Shown here: in pieces, positions 48,368 to 58,083 of the stretch | Layout of the letters: the number at the start of each line of letters is the position of its first letter | Position numbering within the stretch: the stretch's first letter is position 1 | DNA from: Planctomycetota bacterium | GTDB taxonomy: Bacteria; Planctomycetota; GCA-002687715; DRQF01 | NCBI GenBank assembly: GCA_036479435.1 | Contig: JAZGFI010000117.1 | Coordinates: 30,615-94,614, forward strand | Direction: 5' to 3' | DNA: 64,000 nucleotides | Made by a program: the position numbers and the translations under genes | The notes under the pieces: model-generated | Seen by the model: the letters and a program-made list of their open reading frames with translations, nothing else | The model's database searches: none | Told to the model about the DNA's origin: nothing

Positions 48368-49984
48368 CTAATCGCGGTTTTTGGCGGTCACGCTGCCCAC
48401 GGGTGACCTCAGCCACCGTAAGATTTCGCGCAGGCGCGGCGGCTTGCCCGTCATCAAGATGCCAACCCGAAAGATCTTGGCCGCGGCCCAGAGGGCAATG
48501 ACAATCGACGCCACCAATAAGATGGTGGTGAAGATGTAGTCGTTGACGCTCGGCGGCCCGGCAGCCCGGTTCATCATGACGAAGGGCGTCAGCGGCGGCA
48601 CATAGGACAAGACTCGGGCCAAGGTGCCATTGGGGTCTTGCACAATCGGGAACATCGCAAAGAGCGGGATCATCAAGACCAAAGTGACCGGGGTCATTAG
48701 GTTTTGCGCTTCTTTTAAGCTGTTGCACACCGACCCGATGCCGACGAGTAAAGCGGCGTAGAGCAAGTAGCCCATCAAAAAGTAAGCGACGAACGATGCC
48801 AGGTAGATCTTGTCTTGAAGGATGAAGGTGAGATCAAAGGGCGGCTCCATGTCCAAAGCCGGGAGCACGAACTTCAGTGCGATGAAGAGAAACAAGACCC
48901 AAGACAACACGACGGTCAGGCCGGTGGCCGCAATGCCGGCAATCTTGCCGAACATGAGTTGGATCGGAGAAATTGAAGAGAGCAACACTTCGATGATGCG
49001 GTTTGATTTTTCCTCGATCGTGTTGGTCAACAACATTTGACTAATGGTGAAGACCGCGATCCAAAGCACGTAGACAAAGGCCACGGGCGCGTAGTCGCGG
49101 GTCACGGTTTGCTGCGTGCGCACCACGGCGGCGCCATCCGAATCAACACTGTTGGCGTTAAAGACCACCGGAGCTTTGATCGCTGCAACGACCACGGGGT
49201 CGATCTTTTTCTTCGCGAAGCGCTTTTTTTCGACCACGGCTCGGGCGTGGCCGCTAAACCACTCGCGGAGACCGTCGTCCGTGGTGTTTTTGGACACGTA
49301 AAGGTTGCCGTCGCTGGAGTCGACGATGTTTTCGTCAATGACGAAGTAGGCGAAGATCTCGCCTTTGTTGAGCTGATCTTGCAGCTCTTCTTCGTTCTTC
49401 GCCCCGGTATCGACGCGCTGGTAGCGTCCTCGGGCCAGGCCGCGCCCGTAGGTCTCAGCCTCGTCGGGGTCTAAGTCGCGGTACCACTGGCGAATTTCCT
49501 GGGCGCGCTTTTGGTACTTCTCAATCTCGTCGGCCATCTTTGGCGGCAGCATCGCGCGGAACTGAGCGGCATCGAGATCCGCGAGCGCCACGAACATTTC
49601 GGAGAGTGCGCCTAAGGCCTTGTCGCGGTCGCGAGCGCTGGTGTCATTGCGTTGGAACTCGGTGGCGAGGTCTTGGGCGGTGGCGCGGATGGCGGCGGGG
49701 TAAGCCGAAAAATCCTCGTCGCCGGACTCTTTGGCGGCGAGGGCACGTTGCAGTAGCTTGCGCATGTCGGGAAAGGCGGCGCGCGTCTCGATTTTTTCGA
49801 GGACGCCCCAGTCGCTGCGGTCTAAGACCGCAAAACGCCGCACGTCCTTTGCATCGCTGAGCAGTCGTGGGACGCCGATCGACAACACCAAGATGAGCGG
49901 AAACAGCAAGATCCCAATCCAAAAGGTCTTGGTGCGCAAGTTTTCCAGGTACTCCCGGAGGGCAACCAGCAGTCCCTTATTCAT
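48368..49984 (-). CDS. ABC-2 type permease (NatB/YhaP-like)
   Basis: EEKSNRIIEVLLSS, GKIAG and PPLTP motifs. Confidence 0.88.
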   Translation of the reverse strand: MNKGLLVALREYLENLRTKTFWIGILLFPLILVLSIGVPRLLSDAKDVRRFAVLDRSDWGVLEKIETRAAFPDMRKLLQRALAAKESGDEDFSAYPAAIRATAQDLATEFQRNDTSARDRDKALGALSEMFVALADLDAAQFRAMLPPKMADEIEKYQKRAQEIRQWYRDLDPDEAETYGRGLARGRYQRVDTGAKNEEELQDQLNKGEIFAYFVIDENIVDSSDGNLYVSKNTTDDGLREWFSGHARAVVEKKRFAKKKIDPVVVAAIKAPVVFNANSVDSDGAAVVRTQQTVTRDYAPVAFVYVLWIAVFTISQMLLTNTIEEKSNRIIEVLLSSISPIQLMFGKIAGIAATGLTVVLSWVLFLFIALKFVLPALDMEPPFDLTFILQDKIYLASFVAYFLMGYLLYAALLVGIGSVCNSLKEAQNLMTPVTLVLMIPLFAMFPIVQDPNGTLARVLSYVPPLTPFVMMNRAAGPPSVNDYIFTTILLVASIVIALWAAAKIFRVGILMTGKPPRLREILRWLRSPVGSVTAKNRD

Positions 49985-50876
49985 TTGAGTCGGCTCCCAC
50001 CGCGCGTACGAAAATCTCGTGTAGTGATGGCTCTCTGAGGTCGAAGCGGCGGATGCGAATGCGGCCGACCAAAGCCTCTAAGATCGACTGAGGGTCGACG
50101 CCGTCTTCCAGAAAAATCTCAGCACTTTTGCCCGCGTCGTTGAGCCGACTAACGCCCTTGAGGCTGTGAAGGACTTCGCCGTCGCCGTCGTAGTCAAGAC
50201 GAATTCCGCTGCTGTCACCGCCCTTGATCTCACTCAGGGAACCATCGAGGATTTTTTTGCCGTGATGGATCAGCATGATGGAGTCGCAGATTTGCTCCGC
50301 TTGCTCCATAACGTGCGTTGAAAAGATCACGGTGCGGCCGTCGCGTTTCATGTCCAAAATGATCTCGCGGACGACTTCGACGTTGACGGGGTCGAGCCCC
50401 GAAAAGGGCTCATCGAGGATGACGAGCTCGGGCTCGTGAATGAGCGCCGCGAGGATCTGGACTTTTTGCCCCATTCCCTTCGACAATGCTTCGCAGCGAG
50501 AATCGGCAAAGTCTTTCAGCCCGTAGCGTTCCAACAAGCTTCGGGATTTGTCTTTGGCATCATGGCGTTTCATGCCCTTCAAGCGGCCGAAGTAGCTCAG
50601 GATCTCTGCGGCCTTCATTTTTTTGTAAAGGCCCTTTTCCTCGGGGAGGTAGCCCAAGCGATCTTTCACTCGCAGGGCATCGGACTCGCCAAGGACTTCA
50701 ATACGTCCCTCATCCGGATAGAGGATGCTCATGATCATCCGGATGGCCGTGGTCTTGCCGGCACCGTTTTGGCCCAGAAAACCGCAAATGGAGCCCTCGG
50801 GGATCTCGAGTGAGAGCTCATCGACCGCGGTGAAGTCACCGAATCGTTTGCTCACTTTGTCGAGCACGAGACTCAT
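49977..50876 (-). CDS. ABC transporter ATP-binding protein (YhaQ-like)
   Basis: GQNGAGKTT, LSKGM, LDEPFSGLDP and STH motifs. Confidence 0.92.
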   Translation of the reverse strand: MSLVLDKVSKRFGDFTAVDELSLEIPEGSICGFLGQNGAGKTTAIRMIMSILYPDEGRIEVLGESDALRVKDRLGYLPEEKGLYKKMKAAEILSYFGRLKGMKRHDAKDKSRSLLERYGLKDFADSRCEALSKGMGQKVQILAALIHEPELVILDEPFSGLDPVNVEVVREIILDMKRDGRTVIFSTHVMEQAEQICDSIMLIHHGKKILDGSLSEIKGGDSSGIRLDYDGDGEVLHSLKGVSRLNDAGKSAEIFLEDGVDPQSILEALVGRIRIRRFDLREPSLHEIFVRAVGADSNE

Positions 50877-51065
50877 TTTTCTCTGAATCAAGATCGCTTC
50901 CCCTCAGTTTGGTGATCCCGGGCCGACCACAGTCGGCAGCGACGGGATCATGCCGAATCTGGCAAGACTTCCAAAGCCCCGCAAAGGTGGCTCCAATCCC
51001 CAGTCACGGCTATAGTTTTGAAATCACGGTCGGCCGCTACCCGGTCATTGTTGCTGCGAGATTTC

Positions 51066-54000
51066 ATGCTTCAACGTTGGATATTTCTGATTCTTGTTTT
51101 CGGACTAATCGCGGGGGTTTCTTGGGGTCAAAAGACCCCTGAAGTCAATAACGGCGATGCCTTGCGGGCGTGGATGAGCCCGCAACAAAAAGAACGCAAG
51201 ATTCCCAAAAACCTGGTCGAGACCGAAAAAGCGCTCCAGGCGCTCGACCGGGCCTTGGAAGATCTGAGGTCGCGACCGAAAGAAGAGCAAGCGGCTCTGG
51301 CGAAAGCCCTGGGCGCGCAGCGAGATTCTCTCGAGAGCTTGAGGGCACTCCTCTCAGAGGGTTTGAAGTTGAACCTTGAGGCCTTGCCGGGGCGCGCCAA
51401 GGAGCTGAACTCGAAGATTGCGGTCCTAAAGACAACTCTAGATGCTCAACGCATCCAGGCAAACAAGTCACCCGAGGAGTTCGGGACCAGCGAGGCCGAC
51501 GCGTTGCGCGCGCGCCGCACCGAGAGTGCTGCCGCTGAAACCTCAAGAACCGCGCTTGCGGAATTCGAGCGCCAAAAAGCTCTCCATGAGGGCCGTGAGG
51601 AAAGCCTCAAGACTCTTAGCAAGCAGGTCGAAGACGCCGACGCCGAGAGGCGAACGAAAGACGCAGAGCTCGTCGCCCTGCAACAGACCGGCACGACGGG
51701 CCTGAAAGTCAGCCTCTTAGGGGAAGAGATTTTCTCATTGAGGCTCGACCATGACCGACTCTCTCGGCTTCGCGAGTTTTTGGAATTTGAGGCATCGAGC
51801 GGAGTTCTAGAAGCAGAGAAAGAGCGCGCTCAACTCGACGACGAAATCGCCAAGTTGGGTTTGACTCGAGCCAGTCTGGTGCTCAGTGCCATCAAAAAAG
51901 TTCGCGATGACGAGACCGCGAGGCTTGCGCGCGAGAAATTGGAGAAGGACAAGGATGAGCTAGGGTCGCAGCTGCCCGGATTTAATTCTCTAGCCGAAAA
52001 GACTCTGTTGCTGAGGGTTAGCGAGGATCAACTCAGAGCGCTGAGGACAAAATGGAAGGGTCGGCTGGAGGGTGCTGGCGCGGTGTTTGTCACCGCAGAA
52101 GCCGGGGCCGAGGAGTTGTCACAGAGCTATCGCGCCGACCCGGGATACTCGGTACCGACTCTGCGTAGGGACCTGTCGCGAGCCCGCCAACAACTGAAAC
52201 TCGCCATCGAATTCCGAAAAGAGTTTCAAAAAGACCTTAGTCACGCGACAGAATCGAGCAGTCTCGCGCGTCGGATTCAGGACGAGGCGGAGGGCTCGCT
52301 CGTTGAGGCCCTGCGGACCGATGGCGTCGCGGACGATCAACCCGGGGCCGTCAAATACAAAGATGAGCGTGACAGTATCAAGGACTTGGAATCCCAGATT
52401 CTCTCCCATCGAAGTTCCTTGCAGACTCACCAAGAAGAGTGGCTGCGCCGTTTTCGCAAAGTGGAAGCGATTTCGACTGAAAACGAGAACGCGATCTTGC
52501 AACGTCTGCGCTGGACGCGCTCGGAAAGCAAAGTCTCGGCGGATTCCATCCCCGATGCGCTCGATGATGCGCAGGGTTTCGTCCAGAAAATTGGCGACTG
52601 GCCCGACCGCCTTGGCAGCTACCTCAGCGACTACTTCTCAGACGGTTCCAAACGCAAACGACTTTTTCTTGGGGGCGGCTTGATTGTCTTGCTTTTGGGC
52701 CTGATGCGCTTGATCCGAAGGCGGATTCCGCAGACTTACGACTGGCTAGAAGACAAGTTCGAGGGCCAAGCCAAGAGCCGGTTGTGGCAAGTGGTCGGGC
52801 TGATCATCCGGCGCACCGTCTTCAGTTTCTTTTTGGCGCTCGTGTTTGTCGCCGTGCCCTGGGCGGTCGGCTTTGAGCCGGCGGTCGTGGGGACTTTGGC
52901 AGTGCTTTTTTGCACTCCTGTTCTTTATCGAGTGGGGCGTGTGCTTTTGGATGTCTTGCTCGCCCCGAATTCTAAAGAAGGCGGGCTGCTTCCGATCGAC
53001 AACGTTCTCTGCCGCCTATTCCATCGTTGTGGGCGTTATATCCTCAACATTGCACTTGTTTTCGTGCCTCTCGGCATCCTGATGGACCAAGGCGGCTACG
53101 CCGCCATCAACTCCGGGTTCACCGAGTTGTGGTGGCTGGTGTTCAAGGTCTTAACGACGGCCATCTTGCTGTTCACGGTTTTTCGGCCGCAGGTGCTGAA
53201 GAAGTTAATTCGCGGCGATAGCGTTCTGGCGGCGTCGGTCAAGAGCTGGATCTTGATCGGTTATCCCTTCGTCGTGGGCTCGTTGCTTTTCATCTTTGTG
53301 CTTGGGAGTCTTCGTTACTTCGCCGCCGAGCGTTTTTTCGGGCTGCTCTTTTTGCAGACCTTTGGCCTGTTGTTGCTGGCTTATGTGCTCTACCGCCAGT
53401 TCGTGAGACGGGTGTTGAAGGGGCGCGATGTCGATACGCCTCTGAACAGCGATCACTTTTCCTCCGAATCAGAATTCATGAACGCTGGCCGCAGCCGCTT
53501 TTTGGATCGCTTGGTGCGCTTGGGATTTCGACTATTGCTCGCAGTGCCGACCGTTATCTTGTTGATGGGGCTGTGGCGGACGGTCGACTTTTCCTGGTTG
53601 CACGCTCGCCTTTGGGGTAACGATCCAGGGGTCACCATCACCAGCCTCTTCAAAGCCGTGGCCGTCATTGTTCTGATCGTCATGGGGATGCGCACCGTAA
53701 AGGGGCTGCTGACTTTTGTCGTCGCTCCCGCCCTCAAGCTCGAACAAGGTGTGCGCTACACCATGGCCACCTTGGCGTCCTATGTCGTCTTGGCCATTGG
53801 ACTGATCGTAGTGCTGAACGTCTTGCGGGTCGAGGGCTCGCAAATTGCTTTGGTGACTTCGGCCTTGGTGTTCGGTATTGGTTTTGGCTTGCAGTCCATC
53901 GTTAAGAACTTCATCTCCGGTTTGATCTTGCTGATCGAGCGTCCCGTGAACGTGGGAGATCGCGTTGAGATTGGTTCGAATTCCGGCAAGGTGGAAAAGA

Positions 54001-54476
54001 TCACTTTGCGGGCCACCACCGTCATGACTTGGGATGGGGTTGGCATCGTCATTCCCAACGAGGAACTGATCGGCGGGATCTTGACCAACCACTCTTTGGG
54101 CAAGCCTCGATTGCGTACTCGGATCAGCATCGGAGTTGGGTACGGATCGGATGTCGGCAAAGTGCGTGAGCTCGTAACCGAGATCATGAAGAAGCATGGC
54201 TTGGTGTTGAAGAATCCCGGATCGGACATGTACTTCGTCGGTTTTGGTGATTCGAGCTTGGATTTTCAGGCGCGGTTTTGGACGCGCATGAGCTCAAATC
54301 GGCTTCAGGTTGCCAGTGATTTGCGTTACGCGATCGAGGCCGCCTTCAAAAGAGAAGGTATCGAGATTCCCTTCCCGCAGCGCGACATCAACTTCAAGTT
54401 CGACAGCGAAGCCGACCGTGAGCGTTTGCGAGAAGCACTCAAGGACGACACCGAAGCTCCGGTCGACCCTTCGTGA
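51066..54476 (+). CDS. Large MscS-family (MscK-like) mechanosensitive channel
   Basis: Signal peptide, long coiled coil, TMs, GIGFGLQSIVKNFISG, IPN and IPFPQR. Confidence 0.9.
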   Translation: MLQRWIFLILVFGLIAGVSWGQKTPEVNNGDALRAWMSPQQKERKIPKNLVETEKALQALDRALEDLRSRPKEEQAALAKALGAQRDSLESLRALLSEGLKLNLEALPGRAKELNSKIAVLKTTLDAQRIQANKSPEEFGTSEADALRARRTESAAAETSRTALAEFERQKALHEGREESLKTLSKQVEDADAERRTKDAELVALQQTGTTGLKVSLLGEEIFSLRLDHDRLSRLREFLEFEASSGVLEAEKERAQLDDEIAKLGLTRASLVLSAIKKVRDDETARLAREKLEKDKDELGSQLPGFNSLAEKTLLLRVSEDQLRALRTKWKGRLEGAGAVFVTAEAGAEELSQSYRADPGYSVPTLRRDLSRARQQLKLAIEFRKEFQKDLSHATESSSLARRIQDEAEGSLVEALRTDGVADDQPGAVKYKDERDSIKDLESQILSHRSSLQTHQEEWLRRFRKVEAISTENENAILQRLRWTRSESKVSADSIPDALDDAQGFVQKIGDWPDRLGSYLSDYFSDGSKRKRLFLGGGLIVLLLGLMRLIRRRIPQTYDWLEDKFEGQAKSRLWQVVGLIIRRTVFSFFLALVFVAVPWAVGFEPAVVGTLAVLFCTPVLYRVGRVLLDVLLAPNSKEGGLLPIDNVLCRLFHRCGRYILNIALVFVPLGILMDQGGYAAINSGFTELWWLVFKVLTTAILLFTVFRPQVLKKLIRGDSVLAASVKSWILIGYPFVVGSLLFIFVLGSLRYFAAERFFGLLFLQTFGLLLLAYVLYRQFVRRVLKGRDVDTPLNSDHFSSESEFMNAGRSRFLDRLVRLGFRLLLAVPTVILLMGLWRTVDFSWLHARLWGNDPGVTITSLFKAVAVIVLIVMGMRTVKGLLTFVVAPALKLEQGVRYTMATLASYVVLAIGLIVVLNVLRVEGSQIALVTSALVFGIGFGLQSIVKNFISGLILLIERPVNVGDRVEIGSNSGKVEKITLRATTVMTWDGVGIVIPNEELIGGILTNHSLGKPRLRTRISIGVGYGSDVGKVRELVTEIMKKHGLVLKNPGSDMYFVGFGDSSLDFQARFWTRMSSNRLQVASDLRYAIEAAFKREGIEIPFPQRDINFKFDSEADRERLREALKDDTEAPVDPS

Positions 54477-55414
54477 CGCATCATCGCGCCATCGCATACG
54501 GGGTTGATGTCGGAGGGCTCGGACTGAAGGCAGTCAAAGTGGGGCTCAGTGACGCCGGACTTGAGCGCTTGACTTCCAAAAAGATCGTCCTTGCCGATGG
54601 CGATCGCTCTGAGGAAGGCATCCTTAAGGCGATCGCTGGGGTTCTGCGCCAACTGGGAGCGGGGCCTCAGGCCACCATTGGACTGGCCGTGGCTGGCAGT
54701 ATTCGTAAGTCGGATGGGCTGCTCCTAGAAGCGGCGAACTTTCCCGCCTGGAAGAACTTTGCGCTCGCCGATCGCCTCGCCGAATTCTTCGAAACTCCGA
54801 CGGTTTCTATCGACAACGACGCCAATCTTTTTTTACGGGGCGAGGCGGACTTTGGCGCGGCCCGTGGCTTTGAATCCTGCCTGGGGCTGACGCTCGGAAC
54901 GGGCCTCGGCGGAGGCCTCATGATCGATCGCAAGATCTACCGTGGTCATCGCGGTCTGGCCGGAGAAGTGGGGCATGTGGTTTACGACCCCAACGGCCCT
55001 AAGTGCGGCTGCGGCGCCCACGGCTGCATCGAGCAGTACGCGTCGACACAGTTTTTGTGGCGCGAAGGGCGCCTTCGTTGCACGGACTTGATGGCGGGGG
55101 TGAGCAAGGCCGAGACCGGTTGGCGCTTGGCCGCCGCGGCGCGTGATGGCCTGGTCACCGCGCGTCAGTTGTTCGTCGACCTCGGCCAACACCTCGGCAC
55201 CGCTATCGCCGGGGTCCTCAACCTGCTCGACGTGGAATCGGTGCTGATCGGCGGTGGTCTTGAAAATAGCTACGATTTGTTCGGATTGAAGTTCGAGCAA
55301 GTGTTGCGGGCTCGTGTCTTTACCGGCATCGGCGACGACCTCATTATCGCTCGAGCCGAACTGGGCGATGACGCGGGCGCCCTCGGTGCTGCCGCGATGG
55401 CTTCACAGTTCTAA
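54473..55414 (+). CDS. ROK family kinase (glucokinase-like)
   Basis: GVDVGG, DNDAN, LGTGLGGG, GEVGH and CGCGAHGCIE motifs. Confidence 0.88.
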   Translation: MTHHRAIAYGVDVGGLGLKAVKVGLSDAGLERLTSKKIVLADGDRSEEGILKAIAGVLRQLGAGPQATIGLAVAGSIRKSDGLLLEAANFPAWKNFALADRLAEFFETPTVSIDNDANLFLRGEADFGAARGFESCLGLTLGTGLGGGLMIDRKIYRGHRGLAGEVGHVVYDPNGPKCGCGAHGCIEQYASTQFLWREGRLRCTDLMAGVSKAETGWRLAAAARDGLVTARQLFVDLGQHLGTAIAGVLNLLDVESVLIGGGLENSYDLFGLKFEQVLRARVFTGIGDDLIIARAELGDDAGALGAAAMASQF

Positions 55415-55420
55415 GAACAC

Positions 55421-55454
55421 AAAAGAAAAGCCTGTCGCCGCGGGGACGACAGGC
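55421..55454 (-). terminator. Intrinsic terminator of sodB
   Basis: GCCTGTCG/CGACAGGC stem followed by TTTTCTTTT on the minus strand. Confidence 0.7.
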
Positions 55455-55480
55455 CTCATTGTTCGCGGCAGAGCCAGAGC

Positions 55481-56059
55481 TTATCCGGTGAAGAGCGCGT
55501 TGGCGCCATCCCAGTTGACTAGATTCCACCAAGCTTCGATGTACTTCGGGCGCGCGTTACGATAGTCGACGTAGTAGGCGTGCTCCCAAACATCGCAGGT
55601 GAGGACCGGGGATTTACCGTCGCTCAAGGGGCAACCGGCGTCGTGGGTCGAAGTGATTTCAAGACCGTCGGCGGTCTTGATGAGCCAGGCCCAACCGGAG
55701 CCGAAATGGCCGGCGGCCGCCGCGCTGAATTTGGTCTTGAATTCGGCGAAGGAGCCAAAGGACTTGTCGATAGCCGCGGCCAGTTCTCCGCTGGGTTCGC
55801 CGCCGCCTTTGGGGCTCATGCTGTTCCAGTAAAAAGTGTGGTTCCAAACCTGGGAGGCTTGGTTGTACATCACGCCACTGGCCTTTTGGATGATCTCTTC
55901 GAGTGACGAGTTCTCGAACTCAGTCCCGGGAATCAGATCATTCAACTTGTTGATGTAGGCCGCGTGGTGTTTGCCGTAGTGATATTCGAGCGTCTCTTTG
56001 GAAATGTGAGGCGCGAGGGCGTCCATGGCGAAAGGCAGATCGGGGAGAGTATGGGGCAT
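55481..56059 (-). CDS. sodB: Fe superoxide dismutase
   Basis: [24 protein letters not shown] and DVWEHAYY motifs. Confidence 0.93.
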   Translation of the reverse strand: MPHTLPDLPFAMDALAPHISKETLEYHYGKHHAAYINKLNDLIPGTEFENSSLEEIIQKASGVMYNQASQVWNHTFYWNSMSPKGGGEPSGELAAAIDKSFGSFAEFKTKFSAAAAGHFGSGWAWLIKTADGLEITSTHDAGCPLSDGKSPVLTCDVWEHAYYVDYRNARPKYIEAWWNLVNWDGANALFTG

Positions 56060-56213
56060 TGGATTTCCTTCATGCTTGGAATGCGATCAGTCGCCGAATC
56101 TAACTCCAGCTGGGGAGGCTGTCAAAGCGGCGGGCGAAGCGCCGAGAGGCTCGGCTAAGGGGCTCAGTCAAGCTCAGCGTGGAAGTAGTCGATAAAAATG
56201 CAGGAGGTCATGG

Positions 56214-57380
56214 GTGCTCAGTGCTGCCAGTACATCTCAATTGTTGAATGCCGCCGCGTCGGATGGGGCGGTACGGCCTCGTGTCGTCTGGGAGGGCAGC
56301 CCCTTCGTTCATCACTCCCTGTCTTTGGTCAACCGCGAGATCGGTCGCCGACTTATTGAGTTTCCGATCGAATTGAGCTGGCGGCCCTTCGAGCCGGATT
56401 CTTTTGATGCCTCGACGCGACCGGAACTGCAAGCTCTCAGCGCCCGGATCAATGCCGAACTTAGCGGATCACCCCAGGTTGAGATCCGGCACCGTTGGCC
56501 ACCTCGCCTCGACCCGGTGGCCCAAGGCAAACTCGTGGTCATCCAGCCCTGGGAATTCGGCAGCCTGCCCCGGACTTGGGTCGAGCCGATGCGGGATAAC
56601 GTAGACGAGATTTGGGTGCCGACGCACTACGTTCGAGATATCTACCTCGAAGCTGGACTTGCAGAGTCGAAAGTAGTGGTGATCCCCAATGGGGTCGACA
56701 CCCAACGCTTTGATCCCAATGTCGAGCCGATGAGCCTTCCCACTCAAAAACGCTTCCGCTTTTTGTTCGTCGGCGGGACGATTGCGCGCAAGGGAATCTC
56801 TGGCCTTTTGGAGGCTTACTGCCGGACCTTTACTCGTTTAGATGACGTGGTCTTGGTGATCAAAGACCTCGGTGGCCAAGGGGTGTATCGAGGACAGACC
56901 GCGCGGGATTTAATTCGGTCCATCCATGCCGACCCTCACGCGCCTGAGATTCTTCATTTCGATGCGGAAATCCCCGATGCAGATTTACCCAGCCTCTACG
57001 CCGCGGCGGATGCTTTCGTGCATCCCTATCTCGGCGAGGGTTTTGGGCTGCCGATCGCAGAGGCGATGGCCATGCAGCGTCCCATCATTGTCACGGGATT
57101 AGGTGCCGCGCTCGATTTTTGTGACGAGGGCTGCGCTTGGCTCGTGCCGGCCGAGCGCCAATATCTATCGCAGTCTAGGGTTGGGGACCTCGAGACCGTG
57201 GGCCGGCCCTGGTTGGCGAGACCGGATCTGACGATTCTCGGGGATCACATGAGGCATGTTTTTGACGGTGGCCCCGACATCGACATCCGTACTCGTGCCG
57301 CGCGCCTGCGGATACTCAGTGGTTTTACTTGGGACTTAGTCGCCTCAAAAGTCTACGAGCGACTCCTTCAGCTGAGCTAA
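56214..57380 (+). CDS. GT4 family glycosyltransferase
   Basis: PWEFG, IPNGVD, RKG and EGFGLPIAEAMA motifs. Confidence 0.88.
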   Translation: MLSAASTSQLLNAAASDGAVRPRVVWEGSPFVHHSLSLVNREIGRRLIEFPIELSWRPFEPDSFDASTRPELQALSARINAELSGSPQVEIRHRWPPRLDPVAQGKLVVIQPWEFGSLPRTWVEPMRDNVDEIWVPTHYVRDIYLEAGLAESKVVVIPNGVDTQRFDPNVEPMSLPTQKRFRFLFVGGTIARKGISGLLEAYCRTFTRLDDVVLVIKDLGGQGVYRGQTARDLIRSIHADPHAPEILHFDAEIPDADLPSLYAAADAFVHPYLGEGFGLPIAEAMAMQRPIIVTGLGAALDFCDEGCAWLVPAERQYLSQSRVGDLETVGRPWLARPDLTILGDHMRHVFDGGPDIDIRTRAARLRILSGFTWDLVASKVYERLLQLS

Positions 57381-57561
57381 ATTCGCTGAATGCTCGCCAT
57401 TTGAAGCATGCTGCTGGTATGCTTGGCCGGTTGTTGAGGTCCGTGCCGATCTCTGGAAACTCGAGATCGAACCGCCGCTCCGAATGTCTCGGACGCGGCA
57501 ATGTGTTCGATTCGTTTTTCTCCATGGCACGCCAGTTCGTCACACCGGAGAATCCTGGGAA

Positions 57562-58074
57562 ATGAAATATTTGTTCTGCGTGGTCGCGGCCCTCGCACTT
57601 TGCTGCCAGTGCTCAGTACCGGAAAGCCAAGCTGCGGTTGAGGCCATGGATCTAAAAGCGCTAAGCCTGCGCGCACCTCTTATCGTCAAAGGCACGATCT
57701 CTTCGTCCAGAGTCCAATGGGCTCGCGACCAACGCGGTGAGATGATCGTCACGAATCATGTCGTCCAGGTCAGCGAAGTCTTGAAGGGTTCGATGACGGG
57801 TTCTGACGAATCTAAGTTGACCCTTCAGTGTTTGGGCGGCAGCATCGGTGACATGAAGATGTTGACCGCGGCTGAACCGAGCGTCAGAGCCGGTGAGTCG
57901 GTCGTGCTCTTTTTGATGCTGGAGCCCGAAGCCAACAGTGGCGTCTACAAGACCTACGGCGGTTTCCAGGGCAAGTACACCTTGCTGGGAAACCGCGTTC
58001 GCGAGGCGCGCAATCGCGACTGGACGGATTTTCGCAGCGAAGTTCTCTCTTACATCGCCAGCAAGAAGAAATAG
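57562..58074 (+). CDS. Secreted small beta protein; possible protease partner or pro-domain
   Basis: Signal peptide; IVKG..VSEVLKG..LGG..GESVVLFL..QGK pattern; 9 nt upstream of the matrixin gene. Confidence 0.65.
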   Translation: MKYLFCVVAALALCCQCSVPESQAAVEAMDLKALSLRAPLIVKGTISSSRVQWARDQRGEMIVTNHVVQVSEVLKGSMTGSDESKLTLQCLGGSIGDMKMLTAAEPSVRAGESVVLFLMLEPEANSGVYKTYGGFQGKYTLLGNRVREARNRDWTDFRSEVLSYIASKKK

Positions 58075-58083
58075 GGGGACGAC